Part shown: one piece after another, positions 1 through 8,126 of the stretch | Numbering within the stretch: the first letter of the stretch is position 1 | Layout of the letters: every line of letters starts with the position of its first letter | Virus record (IMG/VR): IMGVR_UViG_3300048599_000801 | Location: 1-25,017 of that record | Length of the DNA stretch: 25,017 bases | DNA from: a virus | Taxonomy: Duplodnaviria; Caudoviricetes | Strand: one strand, 5' to 3' | Notes under the pieces: model-generated | Database searches by the model: none | What the model saw: the letters and a program-made list of their open reading frames with translations, nothing else | Told to the model about the DNA's origin: nothing | Translations under genes and position numbers: made by a program

Positions 1-1728
1 ATGGCGGATCGGAAAAGGACGGACGCCGAGAGCGTCTGGAAGGAGTACCAGAAGGGGCTTGCCTTCAACACGCAGCAGGACCTGTACGCCACCGTGCGCA
101 CCAACGAGAACTTTTTTGTCGGCAAGCAGTGGGAGGGCGTCGTGTCCGGCGGCCTGCCGACGCCGGTGTTCAACTTCTTAAAGCGCGTTGTGCTGTTCAC
201 CGTGGCGGGAATTACGTCCAATAATATCAAGCTGCAGGCGTCGGTATTGGGAAACGCCCCGGGAGGGGGCGGCACCGGCATGGAAACGAGCGCCGTCAAC
301 CGAGAGTTCGAGGCGCTGTTCGAGCAAAACAGGATTGTCAATCTGCTGCGGGAATACCTCCGCAACGCCGCCGTCGACGGCGACGGCTGCACCTACACCT
401 ACTGGGACCCTGCCGTGGACACGGGCCAGCCCGTGAAGGGCGCCATCGTCACGGAGGTCATCGAGAATACCCGCGTCTTTTTCGGCAACGTCAACAACCG
501 CCGCGTCCAAAAGCAGCCATACATCCTCATCACAAGCCGGGAGATGCTCTCCGAGGTGCGGGACCGGGCGCGTGACAACGGCTGCGCCGACCCCGACGCC
601 ATCACGGCGGATACCGACGACAGGAACACCGATCCGCAGAATCTCACCGACGACAAGGTGACGGTGCTGTTAAAGCTCTGGCGGAACAAGGACACGGGCA
701 CGGTCTGGGGCATCGAGACGACGAAAAACGCCGTGATCAAGGGGCCGTGGGACCTGGGGCTCGCGCTCTACCCCGTGACGTGGCTCAATTGGGACTACGT
801 CCAGGACAGCTATCACGGGCAGGCCATGATCACGGGGCTCATCCCGAATCAGGTCTTCATCAACAAGCTCTTTGCCATGAGCATGATTTCCCTTATGACG
901 ACGGCCTACCCGAAAATCGTCTACGACAGGACCCGGGTCGCCAGGTGGGACAACCGCGTGGGCGCCGCAATTCCCGTGAACGGCGGGGACGTCAACAGCG
1001 TGGCGCGGATCATCGATCCGGCGCAGGTATCGCCCCAGATCGCCCAGTTCATCGAGCTGGCCGTCGGGTATACGCAGAATTTCCTCGGCGCCACCAGCGT
1101 CGCGCTGGGCGACACCCGGCCCGACAACACGTCGGCCATTATCGCCCTGCAGCGCGCGGCGGCCACCCCCAACGAGCTGACGCGTCAGAACCTCTTCGAG
1201 AGCCTCGAGGACCTGGGCCGTATCTATATTGATTTCATGGCGAACTATTACGGCGAACGTCAGGTGCTCGCCGACCAGCCGGAGGGCTTTGCCCCCGTGG
1301 CGGCCATGGCGGATATAGGGGCGGACGAAAAGATACCGGTCCCCTTCGATTTCGGGCGGCTGAAAGGGCTGTCCCTGTCGTTGAAGCTGGATGTGGGCGC
1401 GTCGGCCTACTGGAGCGAGATCGCCTCCATGCAGACGCTGGACAATCTCCTTGTGCGCGGGAAGATCGATCTCATCGATTACCTCGAGCGCGTCCCCAAC
1501 GGCTACATCACCAAGCAGCAGGAGCTTGTGGACAAGCTCAAAGAGACGCAGGCAGCCAAAGCGCAGCAGATGCAAATGCCGCAGAACCCTTTCGCGCCAA
1601 CAGGCGCCGCGGGTAAGAGCAAGGGCGCCGGTCAGGTGATAGCGACCAGCGCCCAGCCCCCAATCCCCACCGGCGGCGGCTACGCCGCCCTGCAGCGGTC
1701 GATCAACAAGACGGGGCTGGGGAGATAG
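1..1728 (+). CDS. Phage portal protein (P22/podovirus-like)
   Basis: 575-aa ORF at the head of a structural operon. It has N-terminal 'NENFFVGKQW...P.PVFN.LKR.V', internal 'LIPNQ..INK' and 'TSA.AI.ALQ' segments typical of P22-like portals, and a low-complexity Q/A/P/G tail. The start is at the window edge, so no RBS is visible. Confidence 0.85.
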   Translation: MADRKRTDAESVWKEYQKGLAFNTQQDLYATVRTNENFFVGKQWEGVVSGGLPTPVFNFLKRVVLFTVAGITSNNIKLQASVLGNAPGGGGTGMETSAVNREFEALFEQNRIVNLLREYLRNAAVDGDGCTYTYWDPAVDTGQPVKGAIVTEVIENTRVFFGNVNNRRVQKQPYILITSREMLSEVRDRARDNGCADPDAITADTDDRNTDPQNLTDDKVTVLLKLWRNKDTGTVWGIETTKNAVIKGPWDLGLALYPVTWLNWDYVQDSYHGQAMITGLIPNQVFINKLFAMSMISLMTTAYPKIVYDRTRVARWDNRVGAAIPVNGGDVNSVARIIDPAQVSPQIAQFIELAVGYTQNFLGATSVALGDTRPDNTSAIIALQRAAATPNELTRQNLFESLEDLGRIYIDFMANYYGERQVLADQPEGFAPVAAMADIGADEKIPVPFDFGRLKGLSLSLKLDVGASAYWSEIASMQTLDNLLVRGKIDLIDYLERVPNGYITKQQELVDKLKETQAAKAQQMQMPQNPFAPTGAAGKSKGAGQVIATSAQPPIPTGGGYAALQRSINKTGLGR

Positions 1729-1744
1729 GGGAGAAGCAGGACAA

Positions 1745-1956
1745 AAAATTCCCCTCCAAAGGAGGGGTGGCACGGCAAGAGACTTCAAAGAAGTCTCTGA
1801 GCCGTGACGGGGTGGTTACGTGCAAAAGGATGCGTTTTTCAAACATGCTGCGTGTTTCGCCGCGGAACCACCCCGGCCCATAGAGACTTCTTCGAAGTCT
1901 CTTTACGCCGTCCACCCCTCCCTAAGCGACGGAACGTCGCTTTTGAGGGGAATTTT
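1745..1956. repeat. Inverted pair of ~70-90 bp composite palindromic (REP/BIME-like) units
   Basis: Unit 1745-1817 is AATTCCCCTCC-aaa-GGAGGGGTGG...AGAGACTTC-aaa-GAAGTCTCT...GGGGTGGTT. Its reverse-oriented relative is 1866-1956 (AACCACCCC...AGAGACTTC-ttc-GAAGTCTCT...CCACCCCTC...GAGGGGAATTTT). The same family recurs at 3985-4133. Confidence 0.85.
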
Positions 1957-2015
1957 AAGGGGCAGACCAGCCCCTGTGAATAAATCGCCCGACCATAGGC
2001 GAGAAAGGGATTCCA

Positions 2016-2786
2016 ATGGAAGAGGAAATGATTGACCTGAGCGAGCCCGAGGCGATCGACGAGGACTGGAACAGTCCGCCGGACGATAAGCTGGAGCCTC
2101 AAAGCGATGTGCAGGAAGAGGAGGACGCGCCGGCGCAGGACGGCCGGACGGCAGACGGCCGCGGGACGGCGGACAGCGGGGGCTCAGACCAGAGCTTTAT
2201 GCTGAAGCATCTCAGCGAGATCCGGACTGTGGGGCGCGACGAGGTGATCACCCTGGCCCAGAAGGGCCTGGACTACGACAGGATCCGCGGGAAGTACGAC
2301 GCCGCGGCGGCCGAGCTGGGGAGGACGAACGACGCGTATGTCATTATGAAGGAAATGGCCGAATCGCAGGGCATGACGGCGGAGGCGCTCATCGACGCCA
2401 CCCGCACGCAGCTGCTCGTCCAGAAGCATCGTCTTGCGCCGCAGGATGCGGCCGGCCGCGTCCGGTCGATGCGGGCCTCGCTGGACAGGGCAAACGGGCC
2501 GGAGCGCGAGACGGCGGCGCGGCGGCAGAATGAGATCCACGAATTCCTGGGCGAGTACGGCACCGGCATCGACCCGAAGAGCATCCCGCCCGAGGTCTGG
2601 CAGTCGGTCTCCAAGGGCAAAACGCTCCTCGCCGCCTATCAGGCCTGGGAGCTCAAAAAGCTCCGGGCCGAGAGCGGCGCGGCACGAAAAAACACCGAAA
2701 ACAAGGAAAGGTCCGCAGGCTCGCGCTTTTCCGCCGCCGGCGTGAAGCCGCGCGACGCCATCGCGGACGATTGGTACGACGGTTAA
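2016..2786 (+). CDS. Putative capsid scaffolding protein
   Basis: 256 aa between portal and capsid genes, with a very acidic disordered N-terminus, an 'EVITLAQKGLDYDR' motif and a helical remainder. RBS-like AAAGGGA lies upstream. Confidence 0.7.
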   Translation: MEEEMIDLSEPEAIDEDWNSPPDDKLEPQSDVQEEEDAPAQDGRTADGRGTADSGGSDQSFMLKHLSEIRTVGRDEVITLAQKGLDYDRIRGKYDAAAAELGRTNDAYVIMKEMAESQGMTAEALIDATRTQLLVQKHRLAPQDAAGRVRSMRASLDRANGPERETAARRQNEIHEFLGEYGTGIDPKSIPPEVWQSVSKGKTLLAAYQAWELKKLRAESGAARKNTENKERSAGSRFSAAGVKPRDAIADDWYDG

Positions 2787-2787
2787 T

Positions 2788-2890
2788 GGCGGGAACGGTC
2801 CTGGCCGTTCCGCCGCATGGTACGTACGGGGGAAGGAATGGATAAATCCATTCCCTACGGGAAGCGTGTAGGGACGGTTTCAACCGTTCC
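2788..2890. repeat. Cluster of three GTAG-family REP-like hairpins
   Basis: GTAGGGACGGTT-tc-AACCGTTCC at 2868-2890 (+). GGAATGGAT-aa-ATCCATTCCCTAC at 2835-2858 reads GTAGGGAATGGAT... on the minus strand. A degenerate GGAACGGTC-ct-GGCCGTTCC lies at ~2792-2811. Confidence 0.7.
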
Positions 2891-2924
2891 ACACAGAAGA
2901 ATACAGGAAAGGAAGGCATGACAT

Positions 2925-3977
2925 ATGTCAGTCAATCTCACAACAAAATACGCGTCGCTCATCGCGGAGCGTTTCAAGGGGCAGTCCATCACGGACGCGT
3001 ACGCCGGCAAGAAGTACGACTTCGACGGCGCGCAGAGCATCAAGGTTTACACGGTGGACAAGGTCGCGCTGGGCGACTACAACCGCAACGCCGCCGGCGG
3101 CCGCTTCGGCGCCGTGTCGGAGCTGGGCGACACCGTCCAGACGCTCTCGATGAGCCAGGACAAGGCGTTCACCTTCTCGATCGATCACGGCAACGCCGAG
3201 AACCAGTTCAACATCAAGCACTGCAACGAGCAGCTCAAATCCAACTGGGACGAGGTCTGCACCCCGGCCATCGACATGTACCGCCTGGGTAAATGGGCCA
3301 ACGGCGCGGGGCTCGGCGTCCTGAACGGCACCGCCCTCACGACCGCCACGGTCATGCGCGCCATCATGTCGGCCGGCGCCGCCATGAACAACAAGCTGGT
3401 GCCGAAGAAAAACCGCGTGCTGCTCATCTCCGAGTCCGTTTACATCGAGACGAAGCTCTCCAACGAAATCATCGGCATCGACACGCTGGGCGAGGAGTCT
3501 GTGAAAAACGGCGTCGTCGGGCGCATCGACGGCATGGACATCGTCCCCGTCGTCGACAGCTTCCTGCCGGCGGGCGTCAGCTTCATCATCAAATACAAAG
3601 ACGCCACCGTCGACCCGATGAAGCTTAAGACGCTCCGCGTCCAGAAAAACCCGCTGGGCTACGACGCCGACGTGGGCGAGTGCCGCTTCTACCACGACTC
3701 GTTCGTTTTGGATGCCAAGGTCAACGGCATCTACGTCCACGCCCAGAGCGGCATGCTGCCCGTCCCAACGCTGACCGGCACGTCCAGCGTCACGATCGCC
3801 TGTGCCGGTTCGACGGCCATCAAGTACACCCTCGACGGCTCGAACCCCAAGACGAATTCCGCGGCGCTCACCTATTCCAGCGCCGTCGCCGTCTCCGTCG
3901 GCCAGACGCTCCGCGCCTACGGCTCCGGCACCGGCGTCGTCAATTCCCCCATCGCCGAGTACACGAGGCTGGCGTAA
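2925..3977 (+). CDS. Major capsid protein (HK97 fold) with C-terminal Ig-like (Fn3-associated/chitobiase-like) domain
   Basis: 350 aa after the scaffold gene, with strongly biased C-ending codons. 'LSMSQDKAFTFSID', 'VPKKNRVLLIS' and 'NGVVGRIDGMDIV' are capsid-type motifs. The last ~70 aa contain 'IKYTLDGSNP...YSSAVAVSVGQTLRAYG', an Fn3_assoc-like signature. Confidence 0.85.
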   Translation: MSVNLTTKYASLIAERFKGQSITDAYAGKKYDFDGAQSIKVYTVDKVALGDYNRNAAGGRFGAVSELGDTVQTLSMSQDKAFTFSIDHGNAENQFNIKHCNEQLKSNWDEVCTPAIDMYRLGKWANGAGLGVLNGTALTTATVMRAIMSAGAAMNNKLVPKKNRVLLISESVYIETKLSNEIIGIDTLGEESVKNGVVGRIDGMDIVPVVDSFLPAGVSFIIKYKDATVDPMKLKTLRVQKNPLGYDADVGECRFYHDSFVLDAKVNGIYVHAQSGMLPVPTLTGTSSVTIACAGSTAIKYTLDGSNPKTNSAALTYSSAVAVSVGQTLRAYGSGTGVVNSPIAEYTRLA

Positions 3978-3984
3978 GCGCGGG

Positions 3985-4133
3985 ACCACCCCGGCACGTC
4001 GAGACTTCTTCGAAGTCTCGTTGTGCCACCCCTCCTTTGGAGGGGAATGACGGGAAGGAAAAATTCCCCTCCCGGGGAGGGGTGGCGCAGCAAGAGACGA
4101 AGACGTCTCTTGCCGTGACGGGGTGGTTACGTG
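3985..4133. repeat. Second inverted pair of the composite palindromic units seen at 1745-1956
   Basis: 3985-4048 is ACCACCCCGG...GAGACTTC-ttc-GAAGTCTC...CCACCCCTCC-ttt-GGAGGGGAAT. 4059-4133 is AAATTCCCCTCC-cgg-GGAGGGGTGG...GCCGTGACGGGGTGGTTACGTG. The last 22 nt are identical to 1801-1822. Confidence 0.85.
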
Positions 4134-4163
4134 ACCGAAACCGGCGTTGCGCGGCACAGGGAA

Positions 4164-4189
4164 GTCGGGATGAGGACATTCCGCCCTAC
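4164..4189 (-). repeat. GTAG-family REP-like hairpin
   Basis: The minus strand reads GTAGGGCGGAATGTCCTCATCCCGAC (GTAG tetranucleotide plus an imperfect palindrome). Confidence 0.6.
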
Positions 4190-4253
4190 GGTGAAAACCT
4201 ACATATTGAATAGCAATTCAAAATATTCACAACCCCCCAAAGGAGCGTGACTT

Positions 4254-4652
4254 ATGGCAACGACAGTGCAGCAGGTTTTTGATATCACCATGGCGCTGAC
4301 GGACAATTACGCCGGCGGTGTGGCCGACAGCGGCGACACGGCCGATTACAAGGCGCGGGCGGTGCCGGTCATCAACAATCTGTCCGTGGAGCTGTACCAG
4401 TTCTCGACGGCGAAAAATACAACAGCGGGGCAGCGGCCGCTGCCGGTGTTCGTGACGCTGCCGACGGATGCTTTAGACCTGGACGACGGGCTGGCGCGGG
4501 GCGTATTGCCCCACGGGCTGGCGGCGGAGCTCCTGGTGGACGAAAATCCCGCCATGGCCGGCTACCACGCCCGCCGGTACGCCGAGTGCCTGATGCTCCT
4601 CCGGAACGCGCCGCGGTCGTTCGAGCCGATTGAGGATGTCTATAAGGCATAA
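4254..4652 (+). CDS. Putative head-tail adaptor / connector protein
   Basis: 132-aa helical protein between the capsid and tail nozzle genes, with an 'LPHGLAAELL' segment and an AAAGGAG RBS. Assigned mainly by synteny. Confidence 0.55.
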   Translation: MATTVQQVFDITMALTDNYAGGVADSGDTADYKARAVPVINNLSVELYQFSTAKNTTAGQRPLPVFVTLPTDALDLDDGLARGVLPHGLAAELLVDENPAMAGYHARRYAECLMLLRNAPRSFEPIEDVYKA

Positions 4653-4668
4653 AACAGAGGTGATTTGA

Positions 4669-6498
4669 TTGGCGAGCATAAGTGCATCGAGCGAGAGAGT
4701 TTATACCGTCGCAAAATGGCTCGGCCTCAACGAGAATCCCGACGGCGATACGCAGCTGAAGCCCGGGGAGGCCGCCGAAATGCGCAATTTCAGGATCACG
4801 CGCGACGGCAACCTGCAGAAACGGCCCGGCATGAAAACCCTGCACGCAGCCCGCGCCTGGGCAGGGCCGATCCGCGGCATCTGGCACGGCAGGGTCGGCG
4901 GGACGGACTGTACGGTATTTGCGGCCGGCGGCGGCCTGTGGCTGTATGATCTGGCGGCAAATACGGCGGTATCGGTCAAAAAGCCGGACACCGTCTTCAC
5001 CGACGCGCCGACAACGTTTTTTGGCTTTTCGCAGAAGCTGTATATTCTCAATGGCCATGAATATCTGGAGTGGGACGGCAGCCTGCCCCCGTCGGGCGGT
5101 GCTGTGCCGGTCACCGGATACGTCCCGCTGGTGGCGGTGTCGACGTCGCCGACAGGCGGCGGCACGCCGCGCGACCAGGTGAATAAGCTTACCGCGAAGC
5201 GGCGGATCTGGTTTTCGCCCACGGGCAGCGCGGCGGCGTTTCAGCTGCCGGAAAAGGGGCTTGCCGCCATCGGTTATGTGAAAAACCTCACGACGGGCGC
5301 AAATTTTACTGCCGGAACAGATTATTCGGTCAATCTGAACAATGGCACGGTGACCTTTGCCGCTTCACCCGCGGCGGGGACGAACACCCTCGAGGTTGAA
5401 TACATGGCATCCGTCAGTCTTCGCAGCCAGGTCGAGGCGATGCGCTTTGCGGAGATTTACAACGGCGCGACGGACAACAGGGTCTTTCTCTACGGCGACG
5501 GCACCAACAAGGCGTTTTATTCCGGCCTTGACAATAACGGCTCGGAGCGGGCAGATTACTTCCCGGACCTGAACGTTTTAAACGTCGGCAGCGCCAACAC
5601 GCCCATCACGGCGCTCATCCGCCACTTCTCGCAGATGGCCGCGTTCAAGACGGATTCCGCGTATACCGTCGATTACGGCAGCATCACGCTGGCAAACGGG
5701 CAGGCCGCCGCCGCGTTTTATATTGTCCCGGTCAACCGCACCATCGGCAACACCGCGTACGGCCAAGCCCAGCTTGTGGGCAACAACCCCCGCACGCTCT
5801 TCAATTCGGCCGTTTACGACTGGCGCAACGCCTACGGCGCCGGCCTGACGGCGGACGAGCGGCAGGCGGAGCTCGTCAGCGAACGCGTTTTCGCGTCGCT
5901 GCGCGCGATGGACCTCGCGACGGCCTACACCTTCGACGACAACGAGCGCCAGGAGTATTACGTGATTCAAAACGGCCGCGCCGTCGTGAACAATTACGCC
6001 ACCAACACCTGGTACGTCTATACAGACTTCAACATCGCGCTTTTGTTCACCGCCGGGGGCGGGCTATACGGCTGCACGCCCGGGGGCGATATCGTCGGCA
6101 TATCCCGCGATTACAAAAACGACAACGGCGCGGCTATCGACGCCTACTGGCGTTCCGGCTCGCTGTCCTTCGACAGGCCGTGGATGACAAAGTACGCGAC
6201 GAAAATCTTCGTCACCATGAAGCCGGAAAATAAGGCGAATGTCCAGGTTACTGTTAAAACGAACAAAAAAGACGACTACGCCGTCAAGACGGTCGCCTAC
6301 GGCTTTATCAGCTTTGTGCGGGTGAATTTCGCCCACTGGAGCTTCGGCATGAACACGCAGCCGCAGACGGCAAGGCTCCCCGTCAAGGCCAAAGGCTTCT
6401 CCTCCTGCCAGCTTGTTTTCGAGAGCCGCGCAGGCTGGAATACCGCGACAATCCTCTCGACGGAGATCAAAGTGAAGTACATCGGCGAAATTAAATAG
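4669..6498 (+). CDS. Tail nozzle / tubular protein B-like (P22 gp10 / T7 gp12-like), copy 1
   Basis: 609 aa, TTG start after a GAGGTG RBS. The N-terminal 'WLGLN....EAAEMRNF....GNLQKRPG' signature and beta-rich body fit podophage nozzle proteins, as does its position after the adaptor. Confidence 0.7.
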   Translation: MASISASSERVYTVAKWLGLNENPDGDTQLKPGEAAEMRNFRITRDGNLQKRPGMKTLHAARAWAGPIRGIWHGRVGGTDCTVFAAGGGLWLYDLAANTAVSVKKPDTVFTDAPTTFFGFSQKLYILNGHEYLEWDGSLPPSGGAVPVTGYVPLVAVSTSPTGGGTPRDQVNKLTAKRRIWFSPTGSAAAFQLPEKGLAAIGYVKNLTTGANFTAGTDYSVNLNNGTVTFAASPAAGTNTLEVEYMASVSLRSQVEAMRFAEIYNGATDNRVFLYGDGTNKAFYSGLDNNGSERADYFPDLNVLNVGSANTPITALIRHFSQMAAFKTDSAYTVDYGSITLANGQAAAAFYIVPVNRTIGNTAYGQAQLVGNNPRTLFNSAVYDWRNAYGAGLTADERQAELVSERVFASLRAMDLATAYTFDDNERQEYYVIQNGRAVVNNYATNTWYVYTDFNIALLFTAGGGLYGCTPGGDIVGISRDYKNDNGAAIDAYWRSGSLSFDRPWMTKYATKIFVTMKPENKANVQVTVKTNKKDDYAVKTVAYGFISFVRVNFAHWSFGMNTQPQTARLPVKAKGFSSCQLVFESRAGWNTATILSTEIKVKYIGEIK

Positions 6499-6509
6499 GA
6501 GTTGAGCAT

Positions 6510-8078
6510 ATGTCAATACGCACACTCGACAGCGATCTGAATATCATCTCCGCCCTGCCCGATGAGCCCACGGATGCCGAGGGCATGAGCGCCGCGCAGG
6601 TCAAGGCCAAATTCGACGAGAGCGGCAACCTTATTCAGGGCTACATCAACGAAACGCTGATCCCCGATATCGGCGATGAGCTCGTCCGCGTCGAAGCCGA
6701 AATCACCGCCTCCGTCACCGCCGCCGAGCTCCAGTCCGGGAATGTCCCGACAGCCGGTGCGACTGGCCAGGTGCTGCGCAAAAACAGCGGGAACAACTAT
6801 GACTTTGGATGGCAGACCATCACCGGTAGCAGCGCTCCGACACCGGGGACGCTGATGCAAAGGGATGGGAACGGCAGGGCTCAGGTGGCGGAGCCGGTAG
6901 AGGTGGGGGATGCGGCGACGAAGGGGTATGTGGATAACATGGACCCAATAGGTACGATAAAGCACACCTTGCAAACGAACCTCGGCCCAAAATGGTTATT
7001 GTGTAATGGTGCGGGTGTGGCGCAGTCTTCATATCCTGACCTCTATCCCCTGCTGAAGGATTGTATTGAGGGTTCCGACTATATAGCTCGCGCTGTCGGG
7101 GGTGGTTGGGGATTTTGTTACGGAAACGGATATTACGTCTTCTACGGCTACTCTGGCGGTAACAATCTGGTTTTTTGGACGACAGACCCAGTCAATGGCA
7201 CCTGGTCGAACTACATTATGAATCTTTCCGGCTTTTTTGCACCGGAAAATGGTACGATGTCTTTTTTAAATGGGTACTTTATTTGGGGTGGGAAGGTAAA
7301 CACCGGTCAGGCAGCCGGTTTTGCCTATTGTACGAATCCGTCAAGCACCGGCAACTGGTCGTCTTCCGGTTATATCAGATCAGGCACCAATATAACGTGC
7401 AAACAGGTTGTGAGATCAGGATCCAATTATGTTGCACACGTTTATGACAGTAATAACGCCATAACGTATTTTTATCGGTTTAGTTCACTTGGAGGCGCAT
7501 ATACGCAAAGCTATTCCAGCCCGCAACAATATACCGCTAACAATCTGACGGTATGCAACGGATACATCCTGTGCAGCATATATGTTCCTACATACAGATA
7601 TATGGGTGTTTTTAACTCAGCCGGTGAAGAAATCTCCGCTACTTCAATCGGCGGCAGCCAGTATGAAAGCTATACATCATTTGCTTATATCAATAACATC
7701 TATTATGCAACAACTTATTACAACTATAACAGCAAAACAATAGCGAATATCTCGTACAACACGGGAGCGGACCCATCTGTCGCAGCAAACTGGAAATCCA
7801 GCATTCTATGTAACGATGATAACCCGCGCGGTATCTGCTATTACGACCCGTATTATATTGTCTTAACCGATAACGGTGCTTATATTGCGGCAGACGCTAT
7901 AAGCGGTTTCTTTAAGAAAGTGGCATTACCAATATCCGGATTACAGTTTATGACGAAGCTGAACGCAACGGATAAGTTCTTGCTTGCGAATGGAAGCAGC
8001 TATATTTTGGGCGCAGCGAAACATTTACCTTTAATGGAACCTGTATCTAGATGCGCATATATAAAAGCTTTTCCGTAA
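6510..8078 (+). CDS. Tail fibre / receptor-binding protein 1 with tail-collar-like domain
   Basis: 522 aa. The N-terminal anchor is shared with 11235..12236. It has a 'DAATKGYVD' fibre motif, a collar signature 'PIGTI...WLLCNG..V....YPDL' and terminal 'AYIKA', with an AT-rich Tyr/Asn/Ser-rich beta region in between. Confidence 0.75.
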   Translation: MSIRTLDSDLNIISALPDEPTDAEGMSAAQVKAKFDESGNLIQGYINETLIPDIGDELVRVEAEITASVTAAELQSGNVPTAGATGQVLRKNSGNNYDFGWQTITGSSAPTPGTLMQRDGNGRAQVAEPVEVGDAATKGYVDNMDPIGTIKHTLQTNLGPKWLLCNGAGVAQSSYPDLYPLLKDCIEGSDYIARAVGGGWGFCYGNGYYVFYGYSGGNNLVFWTTDPVNGTWSNYIMNLSGFFAPENGTMSFLNGYFIWGGKVNTGQAAGFAYCTNPSSTGNWSSSGYIRSGTNITCKQVVRSGSNYVAHVYDSNNAITYFYRFSSLGGAYTQSYSSPQQYTANNLTVCNGYILCSIYVPTYRYMGVFNSAGEEISATSIGGSQYESYTSFAYINNIYYATTYYNYNSKTIANISYNTGADPSVAANWKSSILCNDDNPRGICYYDPYYIVLTDNGAYIAADAISGFFKKVALPISGLQFMTKLNATDKFLLANGSSYILGAAKHLPLMEPVSRCAYIKAFP

Positions 8079-8126
8079 GTGATATCATAACCACCCTACA
8101 CAACACAAGAACCGAGGTGATCGCAC

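Noticed and set aside
1745-4189. Palindromic repeats as a CRISPR array or tRNAs
   Set aside because: Copies are dispersed, inverted and variable, with no regular repeat-spacer period, no cas genes and no cloverleaf or T-loop consensus.
6940-8078. Diversity-generating retroelement target in the Tyr/Asn-rich fibre
   Set aside because: No reverse transcriptase or template/variable repeat pair differing at adenines is seen in the window.
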